From Myxococcota bacterium (GTDB lineage Bacteria > Myxococcota_A > SURF-8 > G963663525), in NCBI GenBank assembly GCA_963676915.2, contig CAXXVK010000033.1, forward strand, positions 18,809-82,808: a stretch of DNA of 64,000 nucleotides. The letters run 5' to 3'. The translations under genes were made by a program, and so were the position numbers. The first letter of the stretch is position 1; each line of letters opens with the position of its first letter. The notes beneath the pieces were generated by a model, which was not told where the DNA came from, ran no database searches, and saw only the letters and a program-made list of their open reading frames with translations. Of the stretch, positions 8,740-18,401 are shown piece after piece.

Positions 8740-9777
8740 ATGCCGATTCATGAGTTTCCATTGACCGAGGCTTTTCCTCGTCTCGGAGTCGTTCCGCGAA
8801 TTCCGCTGATGGCGCGTGAAACGAGGGTGGAGTCTGCCCCGGAACTGGGAAAAGAGTTGGGATGTCAAGACTTCTGGGTCAAGCGTGATGACCGCAGCCA
8901 TCCGACGTACGGTGGCAACAAAGTCCGCAAGCTTGAATTTCTGCTTGCCGATGCGCTGGAACGCGGGGCGAAAGGTGTCGTGACACTCGGAGGCATCGGC
9001 ACCAACCATGGATTGGCGACGGCGGTTTTTGCGGGCAAAGCCGGTTTGGCTTGTCATCTGGTGTTGTTCGACCAGCCGGAGACGGAGCACGTTCGACGAA
9101 GTTTGCAGCTTTTCGAACATTTTGGAGCCAAAGTGCATAGAACTCGCGCCGTTCCCCGAGCACTGCTCGATTCCTACCGAAAGGTATGGTTCTCTCACCG
9201 AGACAAACGGCTCGTTCGTATTCCCGGTGGGGGAAGTTCGCCGTTGGGCTGTCTCGGGTTCGTCAATGCGGCTTTCGAATTGAAACGCCAGATCGAGGAA
9301 GGACGCCTTCCTTGTCCCGAAGCGATTTTCTGTCCGGTGGGTACCTGTGGGACGCTGGTTGGCTTGACCTTGGGCGTTCGCCTAGCGGAATTGCCGACAA
9401 AGGTGGTCGGCGTGCGGGTGGTCGAGAAAGTTTTGGCGAATTCCATTACCTCTGCAATTTTGGCCAACCGCACTTTGAACCTGATGCGGTGCTATGGTGC
9501 TTCGTTGCCTTTTGATTCCATGAGTTGGAGGGATTTTACCATATTGGACGGTTTTCTCGGACGTTGTTACGGCGATCCCACGTCGGAGTCTCTTCGTTGT
9601 GTAGACATCGCCGAACGTCACGGATACCGTTTGGAAACGACATACACCGGAAAAACGTTGGCGGGTTTGCAAGCCTACGTAGCGCGTCACGGCTTGTCTG
9701 AAAAGACCGTATTGTACTGGAATACGTTCAATTCTCGGGATTTCAATGACATCTTGACAGAAGCTTCAAGTCATTGA
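8740..9777 (+). CDS. PLP-dependent D-cysteine desulfhydrase / ACC deaminase family enzyme
   Basis: KRDD...GGNKVRKLEF PLP-lysine motif, GTCGTLVGL, ETTYTGK (Thr where true ACC deaminases have Glu). Confidence 0.88.
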   Translation: MPIHEFPLTEAFPRLGVVPRIPLMARETRVESAPELGKELGCQDFWVKRDDRSHPTYGGNKVRKLEFLLADALERGAKGVVTLGGIGTNHGLATAVFAGKAGLACHLVLFDQPETEHVRRSLQLFEHFGAKVHRTRAVPRALLDSYRKVWFSHRDKRLVRIPGGGSSPLGCLGFVNAAFELKRQIEEGRLPCPEAIFCPVGTCGTLVGLTLGVRLAELPTKVVGVRVVEKVLANSITSAILANRTLNLMRCYGASLPFDSMSWRDFTILDGFLGRCYGDPTSESLRCVDIAERHGYRLETTYTGKTLAGLQAYVARHGLSEKTVLYWNTFNSRDFNDILTEASSH

Positions 9778-9877
9778 AGTCCGGTTTTCTCCCATCCTCT
9801 CCTCCGTGTATCTGTTGCGGAAAAAAACGAAAAAGGCTAGAGTGGCTTCGTCGTAATTATATGTGGAGCGGGGCTAA

Positions 9878-10528
9878 ATGAAATCCTATCCCCTACCGTT
9901 GGTTTGTTGGGTAATCGTGCTGGTATCGGTCTTTTTTTTCGCTCCGGTGAATTCCGAAGAGCTGGAGGCCATTGCCGTCGGTACACCGGAACCGTTTCAA
10001 TCGGAAGCGGACGGCCAGACCTTGCACTCCGATCACGCTTCCTTGTCGCTCGAAACCGGTTATCCCTATACTTCCGCGCAGTTTTTGGCAGCACCGGTGA
10101 CGTATTTCAACGTGGGTATCCGGTTGGATATCGACTATCGACCCGCCTTCGATTTCAGGGTGCCGTTGATTGTCCAAATGTTGGAAACCTCCGACGAACG
10201 GTTCAATTTGGCTCTGGAATTTCGTCCGGGAATGTTTTTCAATTTCGGCAGCACCACGTCCATGGAAGTTCCACTGAGCGCAGGAACCCGCTTCGGCTAT
10301 CGTTTTAAGGAAACGGCGACCTATTTTACGCAGCTTTTGTATACAACCGATTTCGGGATTTCTTACGGCTATTTCGATCATTACCCACAAATCAAGACCG
10401 GTTTTGAAATCCGTCTGTCGGAAACATTCAACCTGCTTGTGTCCGGTCTGGCGGAGTTTAAACGTTACGAACCCGAGAAATTCAACTACGGGGGCCAAAT
10501 CGGCTTTGTTTACTTGATGATTCCATGA
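9878..10528 (+). CDS. Secreted hypothetical protein, probable outer-membrane beta-barrel
   Basis: Signal peptide; alternating aromatic/hydrophobic beta strands; C-terminal GQIGFVY. Confidence 0.55.
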   Translation: MKSYPLPLVCWVIVLVSVFFFAPVNSEELEAIAVGTPEPFQSEADGQTLHSDHASLSLETGYPYTSAQFLAAPVTYFNVGIRLDIDYRPAFDFRVPLIVQMLETSDERFNLALEFRPGMFFNFGSTTSMEVPLSAGTRFGYRFKETATYFTQLLYTTDFGISYGYFDHYPQIKTGFEIRLSETFNLLVSGLAEFKRYEPEKFNYGGQIGFVYLMIP

Positions 10529-11460
10529 AAATTACCAGAATCATTGCTGTTTTACTTTTTTTATTGCCATTCGGCGTGGCGATGGCCCGACCGGTTGTGG
10601 AGGAAAAACCACGTTGGGACCGGTTAACGCCTGACGAGGCGAATCGGGAGTTGATGGACATTTCCACACGGCTGTCGTTCGAGCAACGCTTAATGGAAAT
10701 TTCAGAACGATTTCTAGGGGTTGCGTACAAACTCGATCCGTTAGGAGAGGGCAGGGGAGAAGATACGGACCCGACATTTCGCCTCGACGCCTTCGATTGT
10801 CTGACCTTTGTGGAAACCGTGCTTGCCATGGCCGGTGCAAGGCATATGGACGAAGCCGAAGCGACGTTGCAGAAAATTCGTTATAAGCATGGCCGGATTG
10901 GCTGGAGGTTCCGGCATCATCTGACTTGGGGGCAGTGGCTTGTCGAAAACGTACAGGCGCGACGGGTGGAAATTTCTACGCGACGCATTGCCGGAGACGC
11001 TGCTCGGCTGAGTAAGAAAACCTACAAAACCAATTGTAATTATTCGGAAAAATGGAAGTCCTGGTGCGAGAAACTAGGGGATTCGGCTCCCTTGGGTGAT
11101 GTGACGTTTCCTATCGTAGATGTTTCATGGGCGATGGCGCACGTCAAAAACATTCCCGAAGGCACCTTGCTGTTTGTGGTTATGAAAGATCGTCCCTGGC
11201 TTCCCTACAGAGTCAAGCATGTGGGAATGGTGGCCAAACGAAAAGGAAAACCAGTATTCCGTCATGCGACGAAGACCCACGGAAAGGTCAAAGATGTTTC
11301 CTTGTGGGGGTATTTGAAAACGCTTTTGGAATACGAAACATGGCCGGTTGAAGGGCTGTTGTTCGCTACGCCGTTAAAGCAGATCGACACCGACCGTGTA
11401 TGGCGGCTCGATGATCGCAAATATCCGCCAATACCCCTGAAGCCGAACCAGCCTCGCTAA
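10525..11460 (+). CDS. DUF1460 / NlpC-P60-like N-acetylmuramoyl-L-alanine amidase
   Basis: Signal peptide; FLGVAY...LGEG...DPTFRLDAFDCLTFVETVLA, HVGMV, RHA. Confidence 0.85.
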   Translation: MKITRIIAVLLFLLPFGVAMARPVVEEKPRWDRLTPDEANRELMDISTRLSFEQRLMEISERFLGVAYKLDPLGEGRGEDTDPTFRLDAFDCLTFVETVLAMAGARHMDEAEATLQKIRYKHGRIGWRFRHHLTWGQWLVENVQARRVEISTRRIAGDAARLSKKTYKTNCNYSEKWKSWCEKLGDSAPLGDVTFPIVDVSWAMAHVKNIPEGTLLFVVMKDRPWLPYRVKHVGMVAKRKGKPVFRHATKTHGKVKDVSLWGYLKTLLEYETWPVEGLLFATPLKQIDTDRVWRLDDRKYPPIPLKPNQPR

Positions 11461-11997
11461 AGTAACGATCACTTCCTCGTTATCGATCAACAGTCGGATT
11501 TCAGAGCCAACCAGCTGATTCAAAGACATTAGGGCAAGGTTGTCGCCTTCTGCTATGGGTTGCAGAACTCCGGGTTCGAAGCCTTGCCATTCGGCGTGCT
11601 CCCAGTCGAAAATTCGGCTGGTTTCGATCCAGTCGGTTTCCAGTTTGTTGTACCTCGAATCAATGTAATCGTTGACGCGAGGGTCGGTGTAATCGACCTC
11701 TCCGATGTCGAATCCGTAGGTCAGATCACGGGGTGTAGGTACGACCTGCACGTAAGCATCGAAGTCTTGGGTTTGAAAACTCGTGAAAATCTTCATCGCT
11801 ACATTTTCAGCAGACTCGTAGTGCTCCAGTTCTTCGGATTCCAGACAAATCTTGTCACGGCAGATACGCCCATATTTGCAGTCGTCGTCCTCGAGGCATC
11901 CGCCTTGTCTGGCATCGGTTTCGACGGAACAACCGTAAATGGAAAGCCAAAAAACGAAGATAAATGCGCCAAAGAGGAATTTTTTAAGGAAAAACAT
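11374..11997 (-). CDS. Hypothetical lipoprotein
   Basis: Lipobox IYG-C; small Cys knot CLEDDDCKYGRICRDKIC; acidic C-terminal domain. Confidence 0.7.
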   Translation of the reverse strand: MFFLKKFLFGAFIFVFWLSIYGCSVETDARQGGCLEDDDCKYGRICRDKICLESEELEHYESAENVAMKIFTSFQTQDFDAYVQVVPTPRDLTYGFDIGEVDYTDPRVNDYIDSRYNKLETDWIETSRIFDWEHAEWQGFEPGVLQPIAEGDNLALMSLNQLVGSEIRLLIDNEEVIVTLARLVRLQGYWRIFAIIEPPYTVGVDLL

Positions 11998-12116
11998 GTT
12001 TTATTCTTATGCCCGAGAGTTTTCGGCTATGATCATCGCCGAAAAGTTTATCAGATTGTTCCGGCGACGTAAAATGCACCGGATTCATAGTCTGCCTTGA
12101 TGGCAACGAGGTCATA

Positions 12117-13076
12117 ATGCGTCCGATCCTTGTTTCTTTCACTTTGCCTCTCATCGATTACCCCATAACCATTTACGGCTACGGAGTCATGCTTGGTCTG
12201 AGCTTCGTGCTGGGTTGGTATTTGACGCTATATCTTGCGTCTCGCAGGAAGCTGGACGACAATCCTTTGTACATCGCAATGACGCTCGCCGCCTTTGGCT
12301 CGCTGGTTGGGGCGAGACTCGTGTATGTGTTGGCAAATCCCGAGGAAAGCTGGTCACTTGCCGACTTCTTCAATTTCCAGCGGGGGGGGATGGTCGCTTA
12401 TGGCGGATACCTGGGCGGTATTGCCTGCGGCGTTCTGTACGTTGCGTGGAAAAAGCTGGATTACTGGACCTATCTCGATTGCGCCACCCCGGCTTTGGCT
12501 CTGGGATTAGGGCTGACTCGAATCGGTTGTTTTCTCAACGGTTGTTGCTATGGAGAGCGAACCGATTTTCTCACTGGGCTTTCGTTTCCCAAAGAAAGCC
12601 TTTGTTTCAAGCAGCATATCGAGCGTGGATTACCACTGCTGGACGAAGCCCACACACTGCCGGTGCATCCGACACAATTGTATGAATCTACTTTCGGGTT
12701 CGTGCTGTTTTTTGCATTGTTGTGGTTGACAAGCAGAACGTGGATTTCGGCGAAGGCGTTACAGGAAGATCCGACGGCTGATTCCTTCGAAGGAGGCACT
12801 CCACCCCGAACCGGTGGGAAAATATTCTTTGTATTTGCAGGAGCTTACGCTATTTGGCGTTTTCTCATCGAATTCGTACGGGACGACATGCACCGGGGCG
12901 GATTCATCGGCATTTCAACGTCCCAGTGGATCAGTCTGCTGGCCTTCGGCTTTACGCTGTTTATGGTGCTGCACTGGCTTCCGCGTCATCCCTGGCAGCC
13001 GCCGAAAAAACGTAAAACCGCTTCCTCCAACAAGCAACGTTCCCAAAAACGCTCGAAAAAGAACCGGAAAAAATGA
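12117..13076 (+). CDS. lgt: Prolipoprotein diacylglyceryl transferase
   Basis: YGYG, GARLVYV, GGMVAYGG, RIGCFLNGCCYG, HPTQLYE, RFLIEFVR. Confidence 0.95.
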   Translation: MRPILVSFTLPLIDYPITIYGYGVMLGLSFVLGWYLTLYLASRRKLDDNPLYIAMTLAAFGSLVGARLVYVLANPEESWSLADFFNFQRGGMVAYGGYLGGIACGVLYVAWKKLDYWTYLDCATPALALGLGLTRIGCFLNGCCYGERTDFLTGLSFPKESLCFKQHIERGLPLLDEAHTLPVHPTQLYESTFGFVLFFALLWLTSRTWISAKALQEDPTADSFEGGTPPRTGGKIFFVFAGAYAIWRFLIEFVRDDMHRGGFIGISTSQWISLLAFGFTLFMVLHWLPRHPWQPPKKRKTASSNKQRSQKRSKKNRKK

Positions 13077-13077
13077 T

Positions 13078-13102
13078 AGGACGGGGATGTAATCCCTGTC
13101 CT
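13078..13102. terminator. Hairpin between convergent lgt and the flagellar operon
   Basis: AGGACGGGGAT-gta-ATCCCTGTCCT, 11-bp stem directly after the lgt stop. Confidence 0.5.
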
Positions 13103-13161
13103 TCAAAATCGGAAATCTGTAGAGATGCGAATTTGGCTTTTGGTTGAATTGCTGTTTTGTG

Positions 13162-13527
13162 TCAGATGCGACCGTCGAGAATTTTTGTGTTTTTTCCTGT
13201 GGGTTGCAAAAAGGCGTTGCGTACTTTGTTTCCGGCTTTGAAGGACGCGAGGAATTTCCCAAGATCGCCTTTCAGACCATCGAGACACAAAGAAACTTCT
13301 TTTTCCCACTCGTTGATTTTTTCAAGGCGCTTCCGTCGTTCGTTCAGGGGGAGTGGTTCGCTTTTGAAAACCCCTTTTTGCGCGGCTTTTAGCAGCTTTG
13401 CTCGAAGTTGCACGAGTTGTACGATGGCTTCGATGTCCGGTTCGGCCTGCTGCATGGCGGACATCAGCTTGCGGGTGGTCCGCTCCCAGTTGTCGCACCA
13501 GTCCTGATCAAATGGAAGTGGATGCAT
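13162..13527 (-). CDS. Helical flagellar-associated protein, possibly FliT-like
   Basis: ~121 aa, predicted all-helical (IEAIVQLVQLRAKLL), last gene of the flgM-N-K-L-csrA-fliW run. Confidence 0.5.
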   Translation of the reverse strand: MHPLPFDQDWCDNWERTTRKLMSAMQQAEPDIEAIVQLVQLRAKLLKAAQKGVFKSEPLPLNERRKRLEKINEWEKEVSLCLDGLKGDLGKFLASFKAGNKVRNAFLQPTGKNTKILDGRI

Positions 13528-14023
13528 CGTTCGCTCGTTTGTTTTTCGGGGACTCCGCCATGTCGCCGACATCCTCGCGATTTTTTATCGGGACGGGATG
13601 TCGGATGGAATAATTGCAGCGCACCAGCGGTAATTGCATTCCCAGTTTTGTGCTGAGATTGATCAGCAACGGTGCTCGCAGATTGGCGTTGAGCTGGCCG
13701 GTCGAGGCGTCGGCGCTGAGAACTACACGCATCACCACTTGCGGTTCCTCCTCGGACAACTCATCCGGGTTGACACCGATCGGGCTGAGTTCTCTGGCAT
13801 CCACGGATACATCGTAGTTTTGAAACAACGCTTCCGGGTCGGCGATGATCAAAGCGATCGATCCGTCTTCCATGGATTGTATCCAATTGATCGACAGCAG
13901 GTTCTCTGGATTGAGCAGACACCATTTCCGTAAATGGGTGAATCCGGGGATTCCGTAGGGAAAATGGATGATTTTTTCGTCGGGAATATTCAGTTCTCCG
14001 AAACGGGTCGTTTGTGCGATCAT
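13508..14023 (-). CDS. fliW: Flagellar assembly factor FliW
   Basis: [32 protein letters not shown]; adjacent to csrA. Confidence 0.93.
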   Translation of the reverse strand: MIAQTTRFGELNIPDEKIIHFPYGIPGFTHLRKWCLLNPENLLSINWIQSMEDGSIALIIADPEALFQNYDVSVDARELSPIGVNPDELSEEEPQVVMRVVLSADASTGQLNANLRAPLLINLSTKLGMQLPLVRCNYSIRHPVPIKNREDVGDMAESPKNKRANDASTSI

Positions 14024-14295
14024 CGATTTCCCTCCTGGGAGCTGTCGTTGGCTTCGTCTTGTTTGGGAGCGGGTTTGGCAAACATTTCAAGTACGGATTG
14101 GGTAACGCTTTCGGGCATCAGGGATTCCCTGTTGGCCTGTGTCATAGCTTCGAAAATTTCCTCCCGATAGACTGGAATATCATTGGGGGCTTCGATGCCC
14201 AACCGCACCTGCCGTCCGTTGACGGCTTTAACCGTAATCAGTACGTCATTTCCGATTCGAATCGCTTCGCCCGGTTTTCTCGTTAATATCAGCAT
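14020..14295 (-). CDS. csrA: Carbon storage regulator CsrA
   Basis: [30 protein letters not shown], with the C-terminal extension of FliW-associated CsrA. Confidence 0.97.
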   Translation of the reverse strand: MLILTRKPGEAIRIGNDVLITVKAVNGRQVRLGIEAPNDIPVYREEIFEAMTQANRESLMPESVTQSVLEMFAKPAPKQDEANDSSQEGNR

Positions 14296-14363
14296 TTTTT
14301 GCCCTCCTAGGCTTTTCCGGCTTCCTGCCCATGTTCACGTTTGTCATGGTTTCTCTCCTACGA

Positions 14364-15251
14364 TCAACCAAGCAAACTTGCCAAACTGAGTCCGCTCATT
14401 TGTGTGGCGGCGGATAGCGCTGCTTGCAGCCCCAGTGTCAATTCCTGCAAATGGATGCTGGCATCGATGAAATCGGTATCCCGAGTTTCCAATAACGCGA
14501 GGTCCGCTGCAAGATCGATGTTGTCCAGCGCGGTTCGTGCGCCTTCCAGTCGGACCATCGAGTGGCCGACATTCTGTTCTACGCGTGAAACACGAGTTCC
14601 CGCCGTCAGCAGCTTTTCATGAACTGCCTTGATCTGGTCGGAGTCGTTCGATCCCAACGCTTGGTCAAGTTCATCGAGTAACTCGAAGATGCCGTTTCCG
14701 TTTCCCGTAGAATCGAGGAACGGTTCTCCTCCGGCTACCGTGGCATCGATCGTCACACCATCGCCGATACGTACCGAGAGTTTTTCGGTATCTCCGCTGA
14801 ACGTGCCGTCGGCGGCGAACGGTTGACCGCTGCTTCCCAAACCGCCGAAAATGTATCGTCCGCCCACCTGGCTGTTTCCGAGATCCACCAGCGTCTGGCG
14901 CAGGTGAGAAACGCTGACCTGCGCGGCAATCCGGTCATCCTGGTTGTAAGTGTCGTTGGACATGCGCAACGCAAGTTCCTGGGCTTCCTGGACGCTGCTG
15001 GTGATGCTCATCATAATGCTGTCGGTGGAGTTGAGCATCTGCTCGGCTTCGTCCACATTGCGGTTGTAGCCTTCCACTTGTCGTTTGGTGGATAGATCCT
15101 GCAATACGAGTCTTGCTGCGGCGGGATCGTCTCCCAAGCCGCTGAGCTTCTGCCCTGTCGTGATCTGTTGCTGCACCTTGAGCATTTCGCTCTGTTGATC
15201 GGAAATGCCTTTTTGAAAGGTGCTGTAAAATTGTTGGGTTGAAACTCTCAT
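14364..15251 (-). CDS. flgL: Flagellar hook-associated protein 3
   Basis: MRVST, ITTGQK, DDPAAA, GRYIFGG, DTDFIDA, LSLASLL; follows flgK. Confidence 0.92.
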   Translation of the reverse strand: MRVSTQQFYSTFQKGISDQQSEMLKVQQQITTGQKLSGLGDDPAAARLVLQDLSTKRQVEGYNRNVDEAEQMLNSTDSIMMSITSSVQEAQELALRMSNDTYNQDDRIAAQVSVSHLRQTLVDLGNSQVGGRYIFGGLGSSGQPFAADGTFSGDTEKLSVRIGDGVTIDATVAGGEPFLDSTGNGNGIFELLDELDQALGSNDSDQIKAVHEKLLTAGTRVSRVEQNVGHSMVRLEGARTALDNIDLAADLALLETRDTDFIDASIHLQELTLGLQAALSAATQMSGLSLASLLG

Positions 15252-15268
15252 AATCGGTTTTGAAACCT

Positions 15269-16657
15269 TTAACGCTTCAGATCGATAATGCTACTAACCA
15301 TTTCATCGGCCACTTGAATGATTTTTGAAGCCGCATCGAACATTTGTTTCCATTCCAAGAGCGACATCAGTTCTTCATCGAGGGAAACGCCGGAGATGGA
15401 TTGCTGTAATTGGGTCATGGCCGCTTCACTACTCGCTGAAACTTCTGCTGTATTTTCAGCTTGTTGCACTCGGTCGCCGAAGTTTGTCAGTACGGATCGG
15501 ACGGCGGCGAGCGGATTTTGACCGTCACTCATCGCCTCGTCTCTCAAATCGGCTAAAAGGACGGCGTTTCGGTTATCGCCGGGAACCATGGTCGGGTCTG
15601 TGGCGGCAGCGATTTTGTCGGGATCGGCGAGGATATCGGCATCGATCGTTATGGCTTTCGCCGCCCCCGAAACTTCCGTGAGTTCCGTAAAGAAATTGCG
15701 GTCTTTCTGGCTATCCAGGCCGTAGCCTTCCCGATGAACCCCATTGACCGCTTCCGCGAAATTGAAAGCGAAGGCGTCGAGTTCGTCTTGCATTGCCTTG
15801 AGATCCTGATCTCTGGCTACAAGAGTACCACCCAATTCGCCTTCACTGATCGAATCGGTCAGATCGGTGGTGCCGCTTGTTAACGAACCGTGCACCCGCA
15901 TCAGGCCGTCAGCGTCTTCGGTGGCAAGCAATTCGTGGGAAGATCCCTGATTGACCAGCGTGTAGCCGTTTTCCGTTTGAACCAACACACTGCCGTTGTT
16001 TTCGGTTGTCGTATGAATACCGATGACCTGCGCCAACTCTCCGAGAATCTGGTCTCGTCGATCCAGCAAATCGGTCGGTGTTTCATGAGAACCAGAAATC
16101 AACGTATTCAACTCGGAGATCTGACCGGTCAAGCTATTGATTTCGTTGACGTTCGCGGTGATTCCGACGTTCAGTTCCTGGCGTACCTGTTCAATTCCCA
16201 AAGCATAAGTATTTAACTGACTCGTCAGGCTTTCCGCAGCGAATGTGACCTGATTTCGAATCGTGGCGTCCTGGGGTTGGGTAGACAGAGATTCGAAAGC
16301 GTTGAACAACTCGTCCAGTGCAGGACTAAGTCCTTCTTCGTTCAAATCACCGAACAATGCGTCTGCTTGAGTCAGAATATTGGTTCGAGCTTCCGCCCCC
16401 GAGTTCTTCGATTTGGATTCCCTGAGGCGAAGTTCTACGGTTTCGTTGACGATACGATCCACTCCTGCGATATGCACGCCGAGATTGGCGGTAGGAGCGC
16501 TGGTCAGGTACGTGTCGGTGGATTGTAGCTGAAGGCGTTGTGCGTGATACCCTGGAGTCGAAGCGTTGGCGATGTTGTCACTGACATTCTGGATACCGGC
16601 CCGAGCCGCTTCAAGAGCGTTTCGCCCAACATACATGATGTCGAGGTTTCCAGACAT
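15269..16657 (-). CDS. flgK: Flagellar hook-associated protein 1
   Basis: SDNIANASTPGY, DLLDRRD, GDNRNA, ISGVSLDEE. Confidence 0.95.
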   Translation of the reverse strand: MSGNLDIMYVGRNALEAARAGIQNVSDNIANASTPGYHAQRLQLQSTDTYLTSAPTANLGVHIAGVDRIVNETVELRLRESKSKNSGAEARTNILTQADALFGDLNEEGLSPALDELFNAFESLSTQPQDATIRNQVTFAAESLTSQLNTYALGIEQVRQELNVGITANVNEINSLTGQISELNTLISGSHETPTDLLDRRDQILGELAQVIGIHTTTENNGSVLVQTENGYTLVNQGSSHELLATEDADGLMRVHGSLTSGTTDLTDSISEGELGGTLVARDQDLKAMQDELDAFAFNFAEAVNGVHREGYGLDSQKDRNFFTELTEVSGAAKAITIDADILADPDKIAAATDPTMVPGDNRNAVLLADLRDEAMSDGQNPLAAVRSVLTNFGDRVQQAENTAEVSASSEAAMTQLQQSISGVSLDEELMSLLEWKQMFDAASKIIQVADEMVSSIIDLKR

Positions 16658-16676
16658 GAAGGTTCCTGATGAGTGT

Positions 16677-17174
16677 TTAGGTATTGGTCGAGAAACAAAT
16701 GGCTACAGCGCCGGATTTTCCTGTACCCCGCTGGTTGTATGTCACGGTTTGAGTACCCTTTGACACGGCTTTCAGCGTGCTGTCCACCGTGGCTAGAGCC
16801 GTTTGGAAAAATTCCCGATTGATGGCCACCTGTCTGTTGGCTTGTTCTATGGCTCTTGTGTATTCGTGCAGAACATTTATGATGCTCTCGTGTCGGTCCG
16901 CCGGGTTGGCTTCCAAAAGCAACGTGGGTAAATCACCGGGTTTTCGTTGGGTTTTCTCGATTTGAGAGGCTCGAAACGACCGGAATCTCTCGATTTGTGC
17001 GATCAATTTTTCCTGCTGAGATACCAACTCGTGGATTTCCTTGGTTCGTCGTTCCACTGCCGCACGTCGAGTTCCTGCCGCCAGGGCCGATAGCTGTTCG
17101 AGCAGTTTCGTTTCCTGTTCGAGCTGAGCCGTAATTTCCCTTGCGGGGAATGCTTCGAACGCACCGTTTTTCAT
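16677..17174 (-). CDS. flgN: Flagellar export chaperone FlgN
   Basis: Helical, lies between flgM and flgK, C-terminal TYNQRG. Confidence 0.8.
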   Translation of the reverse strand: MKNGAFEAFPAREITAQLEQETKLLEQLSALAAGTRRAAVERRTKEIHELVSQQEKLIAQIERFRSFRASQIEKTQRKPGDLPTLLLEANPADRHESIINVLHEYTRAIEQANRQVAINREFFQTALATVDSTLKAVSKGTQTVTYNQRGTGKSGAVAICFSTNT

Positions 17175-17176
17175 GG

Positions 17177-17470
17177 CTAATCCTCTAATCCGAGGTCGCC
17201 GAGCATTCGTCGGGCGATTTCATCGACGTTGGGTTCGTATTCGCCGCTGGCGATTTTAGCTCTCATTTCCTCGACACGATTCGAGAAAACGGCTTCGACT
17301 TCCTGCGCGACTTTGGAATACAGCTTGTGCATTTCTCCGGCTTTGCGCTCGAATTGCACGGCTTCGACCATCGGTGTTGCACCCTTTTGTTTTGTTTTCG
17401 CGGTGACGGCTTCATCCTTTTCCATTTGAGGAATTTTGAATGAAGACTCGGTGGGGCTGATTTTTGTCAT
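17177..17470 (-). CDS. flgM: Anti-sigma28 factor FlgM
   Basis: RVEEMRAKIASGEYEPNVDEIARRML. Confidence 0.92.
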   Translation of the reverse strand: MTKISPTESSFKIPQMEKDEAVTAKTKQKGATPMVEAVQFERKAGEMHKLYSKVAQEVEAVFSNRVEEMRAKIASGEYEPNVDEIARRMLGDLGLED

Positions 17471-17566
17471 CGGATCACCTCTGGATCTCTGTTTTCTCTA
17501 AAACACTAATCGGTCTTTTGAAAGGATTCTGAAATCCTAAATGCCGATTTCGTTTTCTTAGAATAC

Positions 17567-17593
17567 CTATCGGTTATTCGTCACCAAGGTTTA
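17567..17593 (-). promoter_or_regulatory. Putative sigma28 (FliA) promoter for the flgM operon
   Basis: Minus strand TAAA-N15-ACCGATAG versus consensus TAAA-N15-GCCGATAA, overlapping the flgJ stop, ~100 nt upstream of flgM. Confidence 0.65.
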
Positions 17594-18359
17594 ATATTTT
17601 CTTTGGATTTGTTGGTTTTCCTTGATGATAAAGAGAGAAATGGAGGTGGGGACCGGTGCTTTGACCGGTGTTTCCAGAGTATGCAACGATTTGTCCCGCA
17701 CGGACGTGTTGGCCGATTTTTACAGTGATATCACTATTGTGTGCGTATCCTGTGGTGTGTCCGTCGGGGTGTTCGATCTTCACCGTCAAGCCGCCTCGGG
17801 AGTTTTCGGTAACTTCCGAAACAACCCCGGACCAGGGAGAATGTATCGGAGTTCCGACAGGTACTGCGATATCGACACCATTGTGGAAGTGGCTTTCGCC
17901 GGTAATCGGGTGGATTCGCTCGCCGAAATCCGAAGTAATACGACCTGTAAGGGGCTGAATCGGCATTTCTCGCTCGGGGCGTTCCAACGATGCCGGTGCA
18001 TAGGCGCGTTCGATCTGTCCTGCCGACGGCGAGATGTTGCCTACGGAACGATAGGCTAGGTCGCTCAATCCCACACCGCCGGAAGAAGCCCACTGCTTGG
18101 CGACTTCCTTGCGGAACCATTCCTGATACATCTCGTTTCCCGGTGTGGCTGGAAACAAGCCTCCGGACGTATCCACCGTTTTTCCCATTTCTTCAAGCAT
18201 CATTCCCAAAAACACGGCTTCGAGTTGCTGGGCAGCTTCTTTCAGTTGGGATGCGTCGCCGCTTTTTTGCGCGTACCGAGCACGTTCCATCGCTTTCATA
18301 GCCTGGGCGTCGCTGGCTTTGGCGTTGGGAAGAGCGGTTGTTGGTGCGAGTTTATCCAT
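17574..18359 (-). CDS. flgJ: FlgJ rod-binding domain fused to an M23 peptidase
   Basis: LKEAAQQLEAVFLGMMLEEM...GGVGLSD rod-cap domain; C-terminal HNGVD, GYAH and STGPHLHF M23 zinc motifs; follows flgI. Confidence 0.85.
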   Translation of the reverse strand: MDKLAPTTALPNAKASDAQAMKAMERARYAQKSGDASQLKEAAQQLEAVFLGMMLEEMGKTVDTSGGLFPATPGNEMYQEWFRKEVAKQWASSGGVGLSDLAYRSVGNISPSAGQIERAYAPASLERPEREMPIQPLTGRITSDFGERIHPITGESHFHNGVDIAVPVGTPIHSPWSGVVSEVTENSRGGLTVKIEHPDGHTTGYAHNSDITVKIGQHVRAGQIVAYSGNTGQSTGPHLHFSLYHQGKPTNPKKILNLGDE

Positions 18360-18401
18360 TATAAACCGTGTGTGTTCGGCTTTTGACGTTTCGTCGTATC
18401 A

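Noticed and set aside
8740-9777. True ACC deaminase (acdS)
   Set aside because: The diagnostic Glu of YEGK is Thr here
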